64,000 nt of DNA from an uncultured Agathobaculum sp. (GCA_944384765.1 CALWUM010000006.1:17799-81798), one strand, 5' to 3'. Positions 7,768 to 16,597 are shown, counted from the stretch's first letter. Translations and numbers: made by a program. Notes: generated from the letters alone by a model not told the origin.

Positions 7768-9642
7768 TTAGATATTGGTCGGGGTGATTGCCTCGAAGTC
7801 CTCGAGCTTGCCGCCGTTCATGAAGCAGTCGATGATCTGCTTGCCGCGCGGGTCGAGATCCGGGGTGTCGAACTTGGCCAGCTCCTTGCAGAAGAAGTCG
7901 GTCAGGATCTTGGCGCCGGCGTCGTAGCCCTCGGTGCCGACACGGTCCTGCGTATCCACGCGCAGATACTTGGAACGGATGCGCTGGCCGTCGATGGTCA
8001 TGTCCTTCATCGCATAGCCGAGCAGCGGGCAGCGGGCGGGCTCGATGTGCTCGCGGCGAATGCGCGCGCCGCCGTGGCGGGCGAGATACTCACGCGAGAT
8101 CCACTCAGCTGCAAAACCGACCTTATAGACGCCGATGTGCTGGTTCGGGATGAGCACATAGCGGGTGTTCGGGCAGTTCATGATCTGGTCGAGCAGCAGG
8201 TTCGCCTGCTTGACACGCAGACCGGTTGCAAACGGCCAGTAGGAACCGACGCCCTCGCTCTTGAGCTCGTTGCCCGTGACGATGGACGGGTTATTAAAGC
8301 CGCGCGGCGCAACCAGGCGCCACAGCCAGGCGAGTGCGGGCGGGATGATGTGCATCATGCCCATGATGCCGTAGTTCGGGTTCTCGCGGGTCGTGGGGGG
8401 CATACGCACGCCGAACGAGCGCACGTCAACCTCGACAGGCTCCTTGACGATGTGCGGCACATCCCAGCGCGGCACGATGGCACGCGGGTTGGAGCAGGGT
8501 TTGCCGTTGGAGTCCAGGGTGTGCTCCCAGATCAGCAGGGTCGCGCCTGCATGGCCTTCCATGTTGAAGAAGCAGAGCGGCTCCTTCGGCTCGGTGCAGA
8601 TGCGCTCGTAAACCGGGTCGCAGCCGTAGTGGGTGACGCCGTCCATGCGCAGGAACCAGCCGTCCTCACCATCGACCAGCACGAGCTTGCCCGAGCGGTT
8701 CTGCAGCTGCGGATAGCAGGTAGCCATGTCGTCGCACACCGGCTCGATCGAGCAGGTGGCGCCCATGTTGATATAGGTCTCCTCGCCGGTTACCGTGTTG
8801 GTGGACAGCAGCACGCGGCCGTCCGGGTCGCGGGCGATGTCCTGGAGCATTTCGCTCTTGCCGCCGCCGGATGCGCCCTCGTGCATGATGACCATTTCGT
8901 TCTCATACGGGGTGACAAGGCGGCCGCAGGAAGCGTGCGCGGTGACCCAGCCCTCCTGCTCGCCGATGTCGAGCAGCACCGAGTAAACGCCCTTCTTGGC
9001 GGACGGGCCGGGATACAGGTTGTAGGAAAATACCTCGTGGCAGTCGTCCATGCGGTTGTGCACAACGACCTGCTTGCCCTCGAAGTGGGTGTGACGGAAC
9101 GGGGGCGCCACATATACAATCGAGCGCGGCTTGTAGCCCTCGCACTCCGCCGCGTTGACAAAGCCCTGCAGATGCGCCAGCGCAAACGCAAAGAACGCGC
9201 ACTTCTTCGGGCACACGAGCATGGAGCCGTAACCATAGATATTGCCGCCCGCATTGAACGGCATCAGAATCAGTTCCTGGGTCTTGAACCACTCCATGGT
9301 CTCCTTGCGGAGATCGGTGAACGGATAGCCGTAAACATCCGCAAAGCGCTTTTTGTCGGTCGGCTTATCGTCGGCAATGCGCATGCAGTCCGGCTCGCGG
9401 CGGCGCATATAGTCCTCCACAAAGTTGACCGAAGCACCGTTTTTGCAGCGGGTTACGTCCGCTTCCTTGACCGGACCCTTGCCCGGTACATCAAAAATAA
9501 CATCATAAACATCTGCATGGTCGGGGCCGAATACCATATCGTACAGCTCCGCCTTGCTGGTCGGCACGGATACGCCCTTACAATGCTCGATCACATCGGT
9601 GAGCTCATCCGTAAAAGTGAATTTCGTCAGCAGAGAATCCAT
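7768..9642 (-). CDS. Conserved hypothetical 624 aa protein with an HprK/PEPCK-like P-loop (possibly the DUF4914 family)
   Basis: Long ORF with normal composition. HEGASGGGKSEMLQD resembles the GxSGxGKSE P-loop of HPr kinase and PEP carboxykinase folds. The family name is from memory only. Confidence 0.7.
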   Translation of the reverse strand: MDSLLTKFTFTDELTDVIEHCKGVSVPTSKAELYDMVFGPDHADVYDVIFDVPGKGPVKEADVTRCKNGASVNFVEDYMRRREPDCMRIADDKPTDKKRFADVYGYPFTDLRKETMEWFKTQELILMPFNAGGNIYGYGSMLVCPKKCAFFAFALAHLQGFVNAAECEGYKPRSIVYVAPPFRHTHFEGKQVVVHNRMDDCHEVFSYNLYPGPSAKKGVYSVLLDIGEQEGWVTAHASCGRLVTPYENEMVIMHEGASGGGKSEMLQDIARDPDGRVLLSTNTVTGEETYINMGATCSIEPVCDDMATCYPQLQNRSGKLVLVDGEDGWFLRMDGVTHYGCDPVYERICTEPKEPLCFFNMEGHAGATLLIWEHTLDSNGKPCSNPRAIVPRWDVPHIVKEPVEVDVRSFGVRMPPTTRENPNYGIMGMMHIIPPALAWLWRLVAPRGFNNPSIVTGNELKSEGVGSYWPFATGLRVKQANLLLDQIMNCPNTRYVLIPNQHIGVYKVGFAAEWISREYLARHGGARIRREHIEPARCPLLGYAMKDMTIDGQRIRSKYLRVDTQDRVGTEGYDAGAKILTDFFCKELAKFDTPDLDPRGKQIIDCFMNGGKLEDFEAITPTNI

Positions 9643-9879
9643 CGATTCGTTCCTCCTTCTCGCACCGCCGCTGTCCCCGCGGAATCCGGCCGGCGTGCAT
9701 CAAGCGGCCTGTGGAAATTCATTTTCCGCAAGGCCAATTGTTCTTCATTTATAGCATACCTCAAAACAGGCTGTCCCGTCAACTGATTTTGCGAATTTTG
9801 CAGGATTTTAGACAAGTTCTTGCAAACTGTACAAAATCCTGCACCCTTTTCGCTGTTTTCTTCACGCGGACATTTGTTG

Positions 9880-11061
9880 CTATCCGGCAAATTGTACGGT
9901 AACGCGCACGACCTCGCTGCGCGTGCCCACGCGCATATCCGGCCCCCATACCCCCAGGCCGGAGGTCACAATCGAATGCATCGTCCCAACCTGCAGATGG
10001 CCGCAGGGGTTGTCCCAAATGAGCGGCATCAGCAGGTTGCCCGGGAACACCTGTCCGTCGTGCGTATGGCCGGAAAGATCCAGGTCTGCGCCCGCCGCAG
10101 CGAGTTCTTCCAGCTGTTTCGGCTGGTGATCGATGACAAAGATCGGCTTATCCGGATCGAGCGGCGCCAGCAGCTCATCCGGTGTCAAGCGCTGCTCGCC
10201 CAGCTTTTTATCGCGCGAGGGGTCTTTGCGGCCGACCAGCTGTACGCCGTTTTCCAGGGTCACCGCCTCATCCTCAAGCAGCTGCACGCCCGCCTGCGCC
10301 AGAAAAGCAGACATACGCGGGTCGTCCTTGTCCTCATCCGGATCGTCCCAGGTGAAGCCTGCGAGAATGGGCTCGGACAGGTCGTGATTGCCCCAGCATG
10401 CATAGGTGCCGTATGTACTCTGCATAGAAGCCAGCGCCGCAGCGATGCGGTCGGGTTCGGGAACTGCGTCAAATTCGTTGTCAAAAATATCGCCCGCAAT
10501 CACGATCAGGTCGGGCTGCATATTGTTCACCGTCTGCGCGGTCTGTTCCAGATAAGCCGGGTCCGTGCTGTATCCCAGATGCAGGTCAGCCAGCAGAACA
10601 ACCGTCATATCCGCCCCTGCGCCCTGCACCGTGACCGTGTAATCGGTCACGCGTAGCGTGTGCGCGTTTCCCATGCCGTAAATACACACCGCGCACACCA
10701 TCGCCAGCGCGATGCCGCCCTGTACCTGCCGCACGCGCTGCATCTGGGCAAAATCCTTTTTCCGCACCCGCTGCACGGCAAACAGCACGACCTCGACCGC
10801 GAGGATCGCCAGCACGAGATACAGCATCCAGCCCAGCCAGTCGTTGCTGAGCTGCTTGAGGGCGCGGTGCAGCCCCGCGGGCTCGCGGATCGCAAAGCTG
10901 GTCAGCGGGGACAGGGCCGCAACCGCATACACCACGCAAAACAGCACGCGGAATGCCCGCGTGCCGCAGATCCAGTGGCAGCAGCCGGTCCAGCGCAGCA
11001 CCCAATGGATGATATATAGGTTGACTAAGATGTAAAAAGGTGCGAAAATAAAAGCAAGCAT
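9880..11061 (-). CDS. Membrane-anchored metallophosphoesterase (calcineurin-like)
   Basis: N-terminal TM helices, then LLADLHLG, IAGDIFD, GNHD and SGHTHDGQ metallophosphatase motifs. Confidence 0.85.
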   Translation of the reverse strand: MLAFIFAPFYILVNLYIIHWVLRWTGCCHWICGTRAFRVLFCVVYAVAALSPLTSFAIREPAGLHRALKQLSNDWLGWMLYLVLAILAVEVVLFAVQRVRKKDFAQMQRVRQVQGGIALAMVCAVCIYGMGNAHTLRVTDYTVTVQGAGADMTVVLLADLHLGYSTDPAYLEQTAQTVNNMQPDLIVIAGDIFDNEFDAVPEPDRIAAALASMQSTYGTYACWGNHDLSEPILAGFTWDDPDEDKDDPRMSAFLAQAGVQLLEDEAVTLENGVQLVGRKDPSRDKKLGEQRLTPDELLAPLDPDKPIFVIDHQPKQLEELAAAGADLDLSGHTHDGQVFPGNLLMPLIWDNPCGHLQVGTMHSIVTSGLGVWGPDMRVGTRSEVVRVTVQFAG

Positions 11062-11114
11062 AACAAAACTCCACAGATTTTGTAAAAAATAAAAAAGGGG
11101 GAAATCAAATCACA

Positions 11115-12809
11115 ATGTGGGAAAGAAAAGAGGTAAAAACGCGCGGAAAGCGCCAATTCCTGCGCAACTGGGCCGCGATGATCGCCGTGTGCTTTCTGCT
11201 TGCCTTCACAGGCGCGGAGTTTTCCGGCACTGCGGATTTCATCAGCGATTTCAATCCAGCCGCTATGCTGCCGGATGACCAGGTCGTCATCCAGCAGGTC
11301 AGCCTGTCCAACTGGGAACTGCTGCTCGAATGGCTGCATATCGACCCAATGGACGGCACACACCCCATGTGGGCTGCGGCCAACCAGAATGTCGGCCCGC
11401 TGTTCGATACCATAACCGCGCCCTTTTCCGCGTTCTTTGCGCTGCTCGAGCGCTCGCAGTTTGCGGGCTGGCTGGATATTGTGCTCGCTGTCGCGGGCAT
11501 GGCGGGCGGCGTGTGGTTCTCGGTCTGGGTGCTGAGCGCACTGACCGTGGGCGCGCGGCGCTTTTTCCTGGAAAGCCGCGTGCGCGACAACATCAGCATC
11601 GCCGCGATGTTCGTCCCGTTCGGCCGGGGGAATTGGTGGAACGTGACCAAGGCCATGCTGCTGCGCGCGGTCTACATGATGTTATGGACCTGCACCATTA
11701 TCGGCTTTCCGATCAAGTATTACGCCTATCGCATGGTGCCGTACCTTCTCGCGGAAAACCCGCACCTGAAGCCCACGGAAGCGATCCTGCTGTCCCGCCG
11801 CATGATGGACGGGAACAAGTGGCGCTGCTTTGTGCTCGACCTGACGCTCTATCTGCACTGGTCGCTCATCCCGACCGTGCTCGCCGCCATGCTCGGCACG
11901 GGCGCCGGCCTGCTCACGGGCAAAATCGTACTGTGCCAGTCGATTGCAACCGTGCTGACCGGCCTGCTCAGCCTGCTGTTTGTCAATGGCTATAAATCCG
12001 CGGTCTATACCGAGCTGTACGTCGCCCTGCGTCAGGCGCAGATCGATGCGGCTGCGCCGCTGGCCGACCGGTTTACGGTTCCGGCCTTCGGCGAAGCCGC
12101 ACCCACCGGCGCAAAGCCGAGCCTGCCGGATGCGGACGTCCATCTGCCCGAGGACCCGGTGTTCCACTTCGCGCAGCACCACAAGCTCAACTACAACCGG
12201 CATTACAGCATCCGCACGCTCATCCTGCTGTTCTTCGCGTTCTCGATCGCAGGCTGGCTGTGGGAGGTCGCGCTGCACATCGTCACCAAGGGTATGTTCG
12301 TCAACCGCGGCACCATGCTCGGCCCCTGGCTGCCGATTTACGGCGCGGGCGGCGCGATTGTGCTGTTCCTGCTCCGGAAGCTGTTCACCAGGCCGGTCGC
12401 GACCTTTTTCGTGTCCATGGTGCTGTGCTCGATCATCGAATACTTCACCAGCTGGTATCTGGAGTTCACCAAGGGTATCCGCTGGTGGGATTACAGCGGC
12501 TATTTCATGAACCTGAACGGCCGCATCTGCCTGGAGGGCGCGGTCACGTTCGGCCTCGCCTGCTGCGCGGTCGTCTATTTTGCCGGACCGCTGCTCGGCG
12601 GGCTGATCGACAAGCTCTCCCCCGCCAAGCAGAACACCATCTGCGCCGTGCTGATCGCGCTGTTCGCGGCGGACGCCGTGTATTCGCACTTCCACCCGAA
12701 CGAAGGCGCGGGCATCACGGATTACAACGACTGGCAGCCGCAGGACGGCGGCAGCCAGCCCGCAGCCGAAGCGGCACTCAGTGCTTCCACTGCTCCCAGA
12801 CACGGGTGA
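11115..12809 (+). CDS. Polytopic membrane protein, apparent fusion of a DUF975-like N-terminal half and a CmpB-like (putative ABC-transporter type IV) C-terminal half
   Basis: N-terminus MWERKEVKTRGKRQFLRNWAAMI resembles DUF975. The C-terminal half (IAGWLWEVALHIV...GPWLPIYGAGG) resembles Pfam ABC_trans_CmpB. Many hydrophobic segments. Confidence 0.7.
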   Translation: MWERKEVKTRGKRQFLRNWAAMIAVCFLLAFTGAEFSGTADFISDFNPAAMLPDDQVVIQQVSLSNWELLLEWLHIDPMDGTHPMWAAANQNVGPLFDTITAPFSAFFALLERSQFAGWLDIVLAVAGMAGGVWFSVWVLSALTVGARRFFLESRVRDNISIAAMFVPFGRGNWWNVTKAMLLRAVYMMLWTCTIIGFPIKYYAYRMVPYLLAENPHLKPTEAILLSRRMMDGNKWRCFVLDLTLYLHWSLIPTVLAAMLGTGAGLLTGKIVLCQSIATVLTGLLSLLFVNGYKSAVYTELYVALRQAQIDAAAPLADRFTVPAFGEAAPTGAKPSLPDADVHLPEDPVFHFAQHHKLNYNRHYSIRTLILLFFAFSIAGWLWEVALHIVTKGMFVNRGTMLGPWLPIYGAGGAIVLFLLRKLFTRPVATFFVSMVLCSIIEYFTSWYLEFTKGIRWWDYSGYFMNLNGRICLEGAVTFGLACCAVVYFAGPLLGGLIDKLSPAKQNTICAVLIALFAADAVYSHFHPNEGAGITDYNDWQPQDGGSQPAAEAALSASTAPRHG

Positions 12810-13560
12810 CAGACGCGCACCTACCGTCCCGCCCGATCTCAAAGACCGCTCCCGCAAGCGCACAGTCGCCGGGGGCGGTTTTAAAATATTCGGTCAAATC
12901 GCCGCGGAACATGGCGATCGACTGGTCCACGCGCACGCCCAGCACGGACACCACCGGGCCGGTCATGCCGACATCCGTGATATAGCCCGAGCCCTTGGGG
13001 TTAATGCGGTTGTCCGCGGTCTGCACATGGGTGTGCGTGCCCCAGATGGCGGCGGCGCGCCCATCCAGATAATAGCCCATGGCGAGCTTTTCGCTCGTGG
13101 CGTTGGCGTGGATCTCCGCGAGCGCGATGTCGTATTTTCCCTCGGCCTCGCGGAAAATCCGGTCCGCGCACAAAAACGGATTGTCCGGCCCGTAGTGCAT
13201 ATCGCACCGGCCGATCAGGTTCATCACAAGCAGGCGCAGGCCCTGGGGTCCGTCGTAAATGCCCCAGCCCTGCCCCGGGCTCTGCGGGGCAAGGTTGGCC
13301 GGGCGCAGCACGTCCGGATGCTCGTCCAGATAGGGCGCGATCTGCTGCTTGGAAAATGCGTGGTTGCCTAGCGTAATCACATCCGCGCCCGCGGCAAAGA
13401 TGTCATCCGCCTGCTTGGGGGTGATGCCGCGGCCGGCGGCGTTTTCCCCGTTGACAATGACGAAATCCGCGCCGTGGTCGCGCTTGACGCGACGCAGCAG
13501 GCCGTGCAGGGTGTCGATCCCCGCCTCGCCAACCACATCGCCTATGGTCAGAACTTTCAT
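12778..13560 (-). CDS. ymdB: YmdB-family metallophosphoesterase (2',3'-cyclic-nucleotide phosphodiesterase)
   Basis: MKVLTIGDVVG...FVIVNGENAAGGRGITP and WGTHTHVQTAD motifs (TIGR00282-like). Confidence 0.9.
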   Translation of the reverse strand: MKVLTIGDVVGEAGIDTLHGLLRRVKRDHGADFVIVNGENAAGRGITPKQADDIFAAGADVITLGNHAFSKQQIAPYLDEHPDVLRPANLAPQSPGQGWGIYDGPQGLRLLVMNLIGRCDMHYGPDNPFLCADRIFREAEGKYDIALAEIHANATSEKLAMGYYLDGRAAAIWGTHTHVQTADNRINPKGSGYITDVGMTGPVVSVLGVRVDQSIAMFRGDLTEYFKTAPGDCALAGAVFEIGRDGRCASVTRVWEQWKH

Positions 13561-13640
13561 GGTTTCACCTCTTGTTTGTTTTGCACCGCTGCGGCGCGGT
13601 GCCGCACAATACCCCGCCGGGCATTGTGGTTATGCAGATA

Positions 13641-13671
13641 CAGCAAAGGGAGACGGCAAAGCCGCCTCCCC
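13641..13671 (-). terminator. Terminator after prs
   Basis: Minus strand GGGAGGCGGC-uuug-CCGUCUCCC followed by UUUGCUG. Confidence 0.6.
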
Positions 13672-13737
13672 CAGTTTCCGCGCAGCATGCGCTTGTGTCT
13701 TTTCAATGTGCCGAATGTTCGCTCCCCTGCCGGGCAC

Positions 13738-14697
13738 TCAGTCGAACAGCGTCGATACCGAAGTCTCCTCGTAGATGCGGGCGATCGCCTCGGTGAACAC
13801 CGGTGCCACCGACAGCACCTTGATCTTGTCCAGACGCTTTTCGCTCGGCAGCGGGATGGTGTCCAGAATTGCCAGCTCCTTGATCGGGCTGTTCGCGATG
13901 CGCTCGATCGCCGGGCCAGACAGCACGCCGTGCGTCGCACAGGCGTAAACCTCGGTCGCACCGCCCTTTTCAACCAGCGCGTCCGCCGCGTGCACCAGCG
14001 TGCCCGCGGTGTCGATCAGGTCGTCGACCAGAATGCACTTCTTACCCTCTACGTTGCCGATGATGTTCATAACCTCGGAGACATTCGCCTTGGGACGGCG
14101 CTTGTCGATGATCGCGAGCGGCATGTCCAGCTTTTCGGTGAACTTGCGCGCGCGGGTGACCGAGCCCAGATCGGGCGAGACAATCACGGTGTCCTCCGTG
14201 CCGACGCCGAACTTGCCCGCGATATACGGGATGAGCACGGACGAGCCGAGCATGTTATCCACAGGGATGTTGAAAAAGCCCTGGATCTGCGCCGCGTGCA
14301 GGTCCATGGTAAGCACACGGTCCGCGCCTGCGGCCGTGATCAGGTCCGCGACCAGCTTGGCCGAGATCGGATCGCGCGCCTTGCTCTTGCGGTCTTGGCG
14401 CGCATAGCCGAAATACGGGATTACCGCAGTGATGCGGCCCGCGGACGCGCGCTTGCACGAGTCGATCATGATGAGCAGTTCCATCAGGTTGTTGTTGACC
14501 GGGCCGCAGGTGGACTGCACCAGGAACACATCCGAGCCGCGCACGGACTCCGAGATGGAAACCGAGATTTCGCCGTCAGCAAAGGTGGAGATGGAAGCCT
14601 TGCCGATCGGCAGGCCGAGTGCGGACGCGATCTGCATCGCGAGCGCGGGGTGGGAGTTGCCGGAGAAAATCTTGATATTTTTTCCGTGAGAAATCAT
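13738..14697 (-). CDS. prs: Ribose-phosphate pyrophosphokinase
   Basis: IKIFSGNSHPALA, YARQDRK and the PRPP-binding loop ILVDDLIDTAGT. Confidence 0.95.
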   Translation of the reverse strand: MISHGKNIKIFSGNSHPALAMQIASALGLPIGKASISTFADGEISVSISESVRGSDVFLVQSTCGPVNNNLMELLIMIDSCKRASAGRITAVIPYFGYARQDRKSKARDPISAKLVADLITAAGADRVLTMDLHAAQIQGFFNIPVDNMLGSSVLIPYIAGKFGVGTEDTVIVSPDLGSVTRARKFTEKLDMPLAIIDKRRPKANVSEVMNIIGNVEGKKCILVDDLIDTAGTLVHAADALVEKGGATEVYACATHGVLSGPAIERIANSPIKELAILDTIPLPSEKRLDKIKVLSVAPVFTEAIARIYEETSVSTLFD

Positions 14698-14793
14698 TGG
14701 GTAGCCTCCGTCATTTTCTTCATTCTATCCGGTTGGTTTTTCTCTCTATTTCAGGACAGCGCCGCCGCCCATGCTGCCGCGGCGCCGTCTTTC

Positions 14794-16041
14794 TTATTTC
14801 TTTTCCTTCTCGTGCATTGCGCGGCGGCGGTCATTCCAGCCTTCCAGGTTGGTCTGACGCGCGCGGGCGACGCTCAAGGCGCCTGCCGGCACATCCTTGG
14901 TGACCGTGGTGCCCGCGGCGGTAAACGCGCGGTCGCCGAGCGTTACCGGCGAAACCAGATTGGTGTTGCAGCCAATGAAGCAGTCATCCCCGATGACGGT
15001 CTGATACTTGTGATAGCCGTCGTAATTGACCACAACCGTGCCGCAGCCGAAGTTGACCCGCTCGCCGACGGTTGCGTCGCCGATATAGGTCAGATGGGAA
15101 ACCTTGGTGCCGTTGCCGATGGTAGACTTCTTCAGCTCGACAAAGTCGCCGATGCGGCAGCCGTCCCCGACCACGCACTGCGGGCGGATATAGGCAAACG
15201 GGCCGACCGTCGTCTTTTCGCCCACCTTGGACTCATACACCTGCGAGTTGTTGACCGTGGTGCCCGCGCCGATCTCAGCCTTTTCGAGGATGGTGTTCGG
15301 GCCGATAACCGCGCCCGCGCCCACCTTGCAGCCCGGGCGGATATGGCAGCCGGGCAGGATGGTCGCACCCGGAGCGATGTCCGCGTCCGGCGCGATATAG
15401 GTGTTCGCCGGGTCAAACAGCTGCACGCCCTTGTCGATCAGCGCGAAGTTGACCCGCTGGATCATCGCCAGCTGGGCGACATAGGCCGAGCCGCCGTCGC
15501 AGATCTCGATGATCTCGTTGGTGACCGCGATGCCTTTCTGCGCGCCCGCGGCGACCGCCGCGCGCACCAGCGCATCGAGCGTATCCGCGCCCGCGTCCAG
15601 CGCCCGCATCAGCGCGTCCCAGGTGAACATGGCCGCGAGGATATGGGTATCCCGCGGGATGGGCTGGCCTTCCTCGTCAAAGCCCTGCTGCTCGGCCGAG
15701 AGCACGCTCACACCATAGCCGGTATTGATATGCGTATCGGCCAAGTGAGTCAGCGCGTCCGCCTCGGTCAGCGCGATCGGTGCGGCAATCACCAGCACGT
15801 GCGCACTTTCCGGCAGGTTTTTCAGCGCGGCAAAGCGGTTTGCCGGGTCGAGCGCAATGCTCTGCGCGCCTTCGAGCGCGTTTTCGCGCGCGTCGTGCAC
15901 AAAGCAGCACGCATCCACAGCATCCGGCAGCAGGCCGCGCACCGCGTCGCCCGCCGTGCCGAACAGCACCGGCCGCGCCCAGGCGGCGAAGCCGCCCTCG
16001 TCAAACAGGCCGCCAACCAGGGCGGCAGTAACATGATTCAT
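14794..16041 (-). CDS. glmU: GlmU-like protein: intact C-terminal left-handed beta-helix acetyltransferase, divergent N-terminal nucleotidyltransferase-like domain
   Basis: The hexapeptide-repeat region and NYDGYHKYQTVIGDDCFIGCNTNLVSPV match the GlmU acetyltransferase domain. The N-terminus (MNHVTAALVGGLFDEGG...) lacks LAAGxGTRM. GGAAGGA RBS precedes ATG 16041. Canonical glmU-prs context. Confidence 0.8.
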   Translation of the reverse strand: MNHVTAALVGGLFDEGGFAAWARPVLFGTAGDAVRGLLPDAVDACCFVHDARENALEGAQSIALDPANRFAALKNLPESAHVLVIAAPIALTEADALTHLADTHINTGYGVSVLSAEQQGFDEEGQPIPRDTHILAAMFTWDALMRALDAGADTLDALVRAAVAAGAQKGIAVTNEIIEICDGGSAYVAQLAMIQRVNFALIDKGVQLFDPANTYIAPDADIAPGATILPGCHIRPGCKVGAGAVIGPNTILEKAEIGAGTTVNNSQVYESKVGEKTTVGPFAYIRPQCVVGDGCRIGDFVELKKSTIGNGTKVSHLTYIGDATVGERVNFGCGTVVVNYDGYHKYQTVIGDDCFIGCNTNLVSPVTLGDRAFTAAGTTVTKDVPAGALSVARARQTNLEGWNDRRRAMHEKEKK

Positions 16042-16179
16042 CGCAGAAATCCTTCCGTTCCGTGTGGGCAAAATGCCCCAGATTCAATACAGATTTATTA
16101 TACATCAGACGCATGTAAATTGCATTAGCATTTTCGATAAAATTCCCAGCGCGGCAATAATTTTTTCGCCTTTTGCTGA

Positions 16180-16404
16180 CAAAAATGCTGTCCGCACACG
16201 GCGGACAGCCCTGCATCATTTTTTGCGGATGGTGTAAACCGAATGGTACGGCATGGGTGCGCCCTGCCGGTCCGCCTCCTCGGTTGCATTGGAAAAAGCG
16301 ACCTCGTGTGTGATTTCCAGCGCGCCGCACACCGCCTGCCCGGTTTCACTGGTGTCCGACGCTCCACCTCCGCTATATTCATCCCGCTCACCTGCCCTTC
16401 CTTT
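16180..16404 (-). ncRNA. Candidate ~225 nt structured RNA or leader upstream of glmU, with its own promoter and terminator
   Basis: TTGACT (16441-16436), 19 nt spacer, TATAAT (16416-16411). Nested long-range pairings GCGGGAUG/CAUCCGC and GUGAAACCG/CGGUUUAC-AC. Internal hairpins GGUG...CACC and GUGUG...CACAC. Terminator GCUGUCCGC-cgugu-GCGGACAGC plus AUUUUUG (16209-16180). No convincing ORF. Confidence 0.45.
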
Positions 16405-16500
16405 GCCTCCATTATAGGGGGGGAAGCGGGTTTACAGTCAAGCGTTTTCCTGCATTTTCCGGCAGAAAAACTTTTTCTGCCGCAGGCTGCACCGGACGGC

Positions 16501-16529
16501 TTGCGCCGTCCTGCCCGGACATGTATAAT
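16501..16529 (+). promoter_or_regulatory. Promoter for the yczE-like gene
   Basis: TTGCGC (16501-16506), N17, TATAAT (16524-16529). Confidence 0.6.
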
Positions 16530-16597
16530 GGACATGGAGACTGCGAACGGATCAGAAAAGCTGCGTCCGCCCCGCGGGGCGGGCAAAGGAGGAAACA

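Noticed and set aside
9799-9842. Long inverted repeat GCAGGATTTT...AAAATCCTGC downstream of the metallophosphoesterase gene.
   Set aside because: It is probably just that gene's terminator or stabiliser hairpin. The U-run is on the wrong strand for a classic terminator, and I saw no second copy or adjacent regulator.
13474-16128. Very long ORFs in the track: 13474..16128 (+, 884 aa), 48592..51261 (+, 889 aa), 23461..25554 (+, 697 aa), 40286..42295 (+, 669 aa), 60711..62540 (-, 609 aa), 8047..9786 (+), 42898..44604 (+), 31697..33154 (+) and many more.
   Set aside because: Each lies antisense to, or out of frame with, a gene that has clear family motifs (prs/glmU, cdaR, pnp, priA, nagA and others). 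Their translations are Arg/Ala/Gly/His-rich with no recognisable motifs. Long stop-free antisense frames are expected in GC-rich coding DNA.
16180-16404. Calling the glmU-upstream RNA a SAM-I (S-box) riboswitch.
   Set aside because: Only a partial resemblance exists (GGUGGAG...GUGAAACCGGGCA). The GGGA/kink-turn, GCAACC junction and GUGCCAAUUCC-type P4 signatures are absent, and the downstream genes are not sulfur-metabolism genes. It is reported as unclassified instead.
16460-16483. Perfect hairpin CGGCAGAAAAA-ct-TTTTTCTGCCG between the divergent promoters at 16411-16441 and 16501-16529.
   Set aside because: It could be a bidirectional insulator or terminator, or an operator. It lies upstream of both promoters and nothing is transcribed into it from either side in my model, so I could not assign a function.
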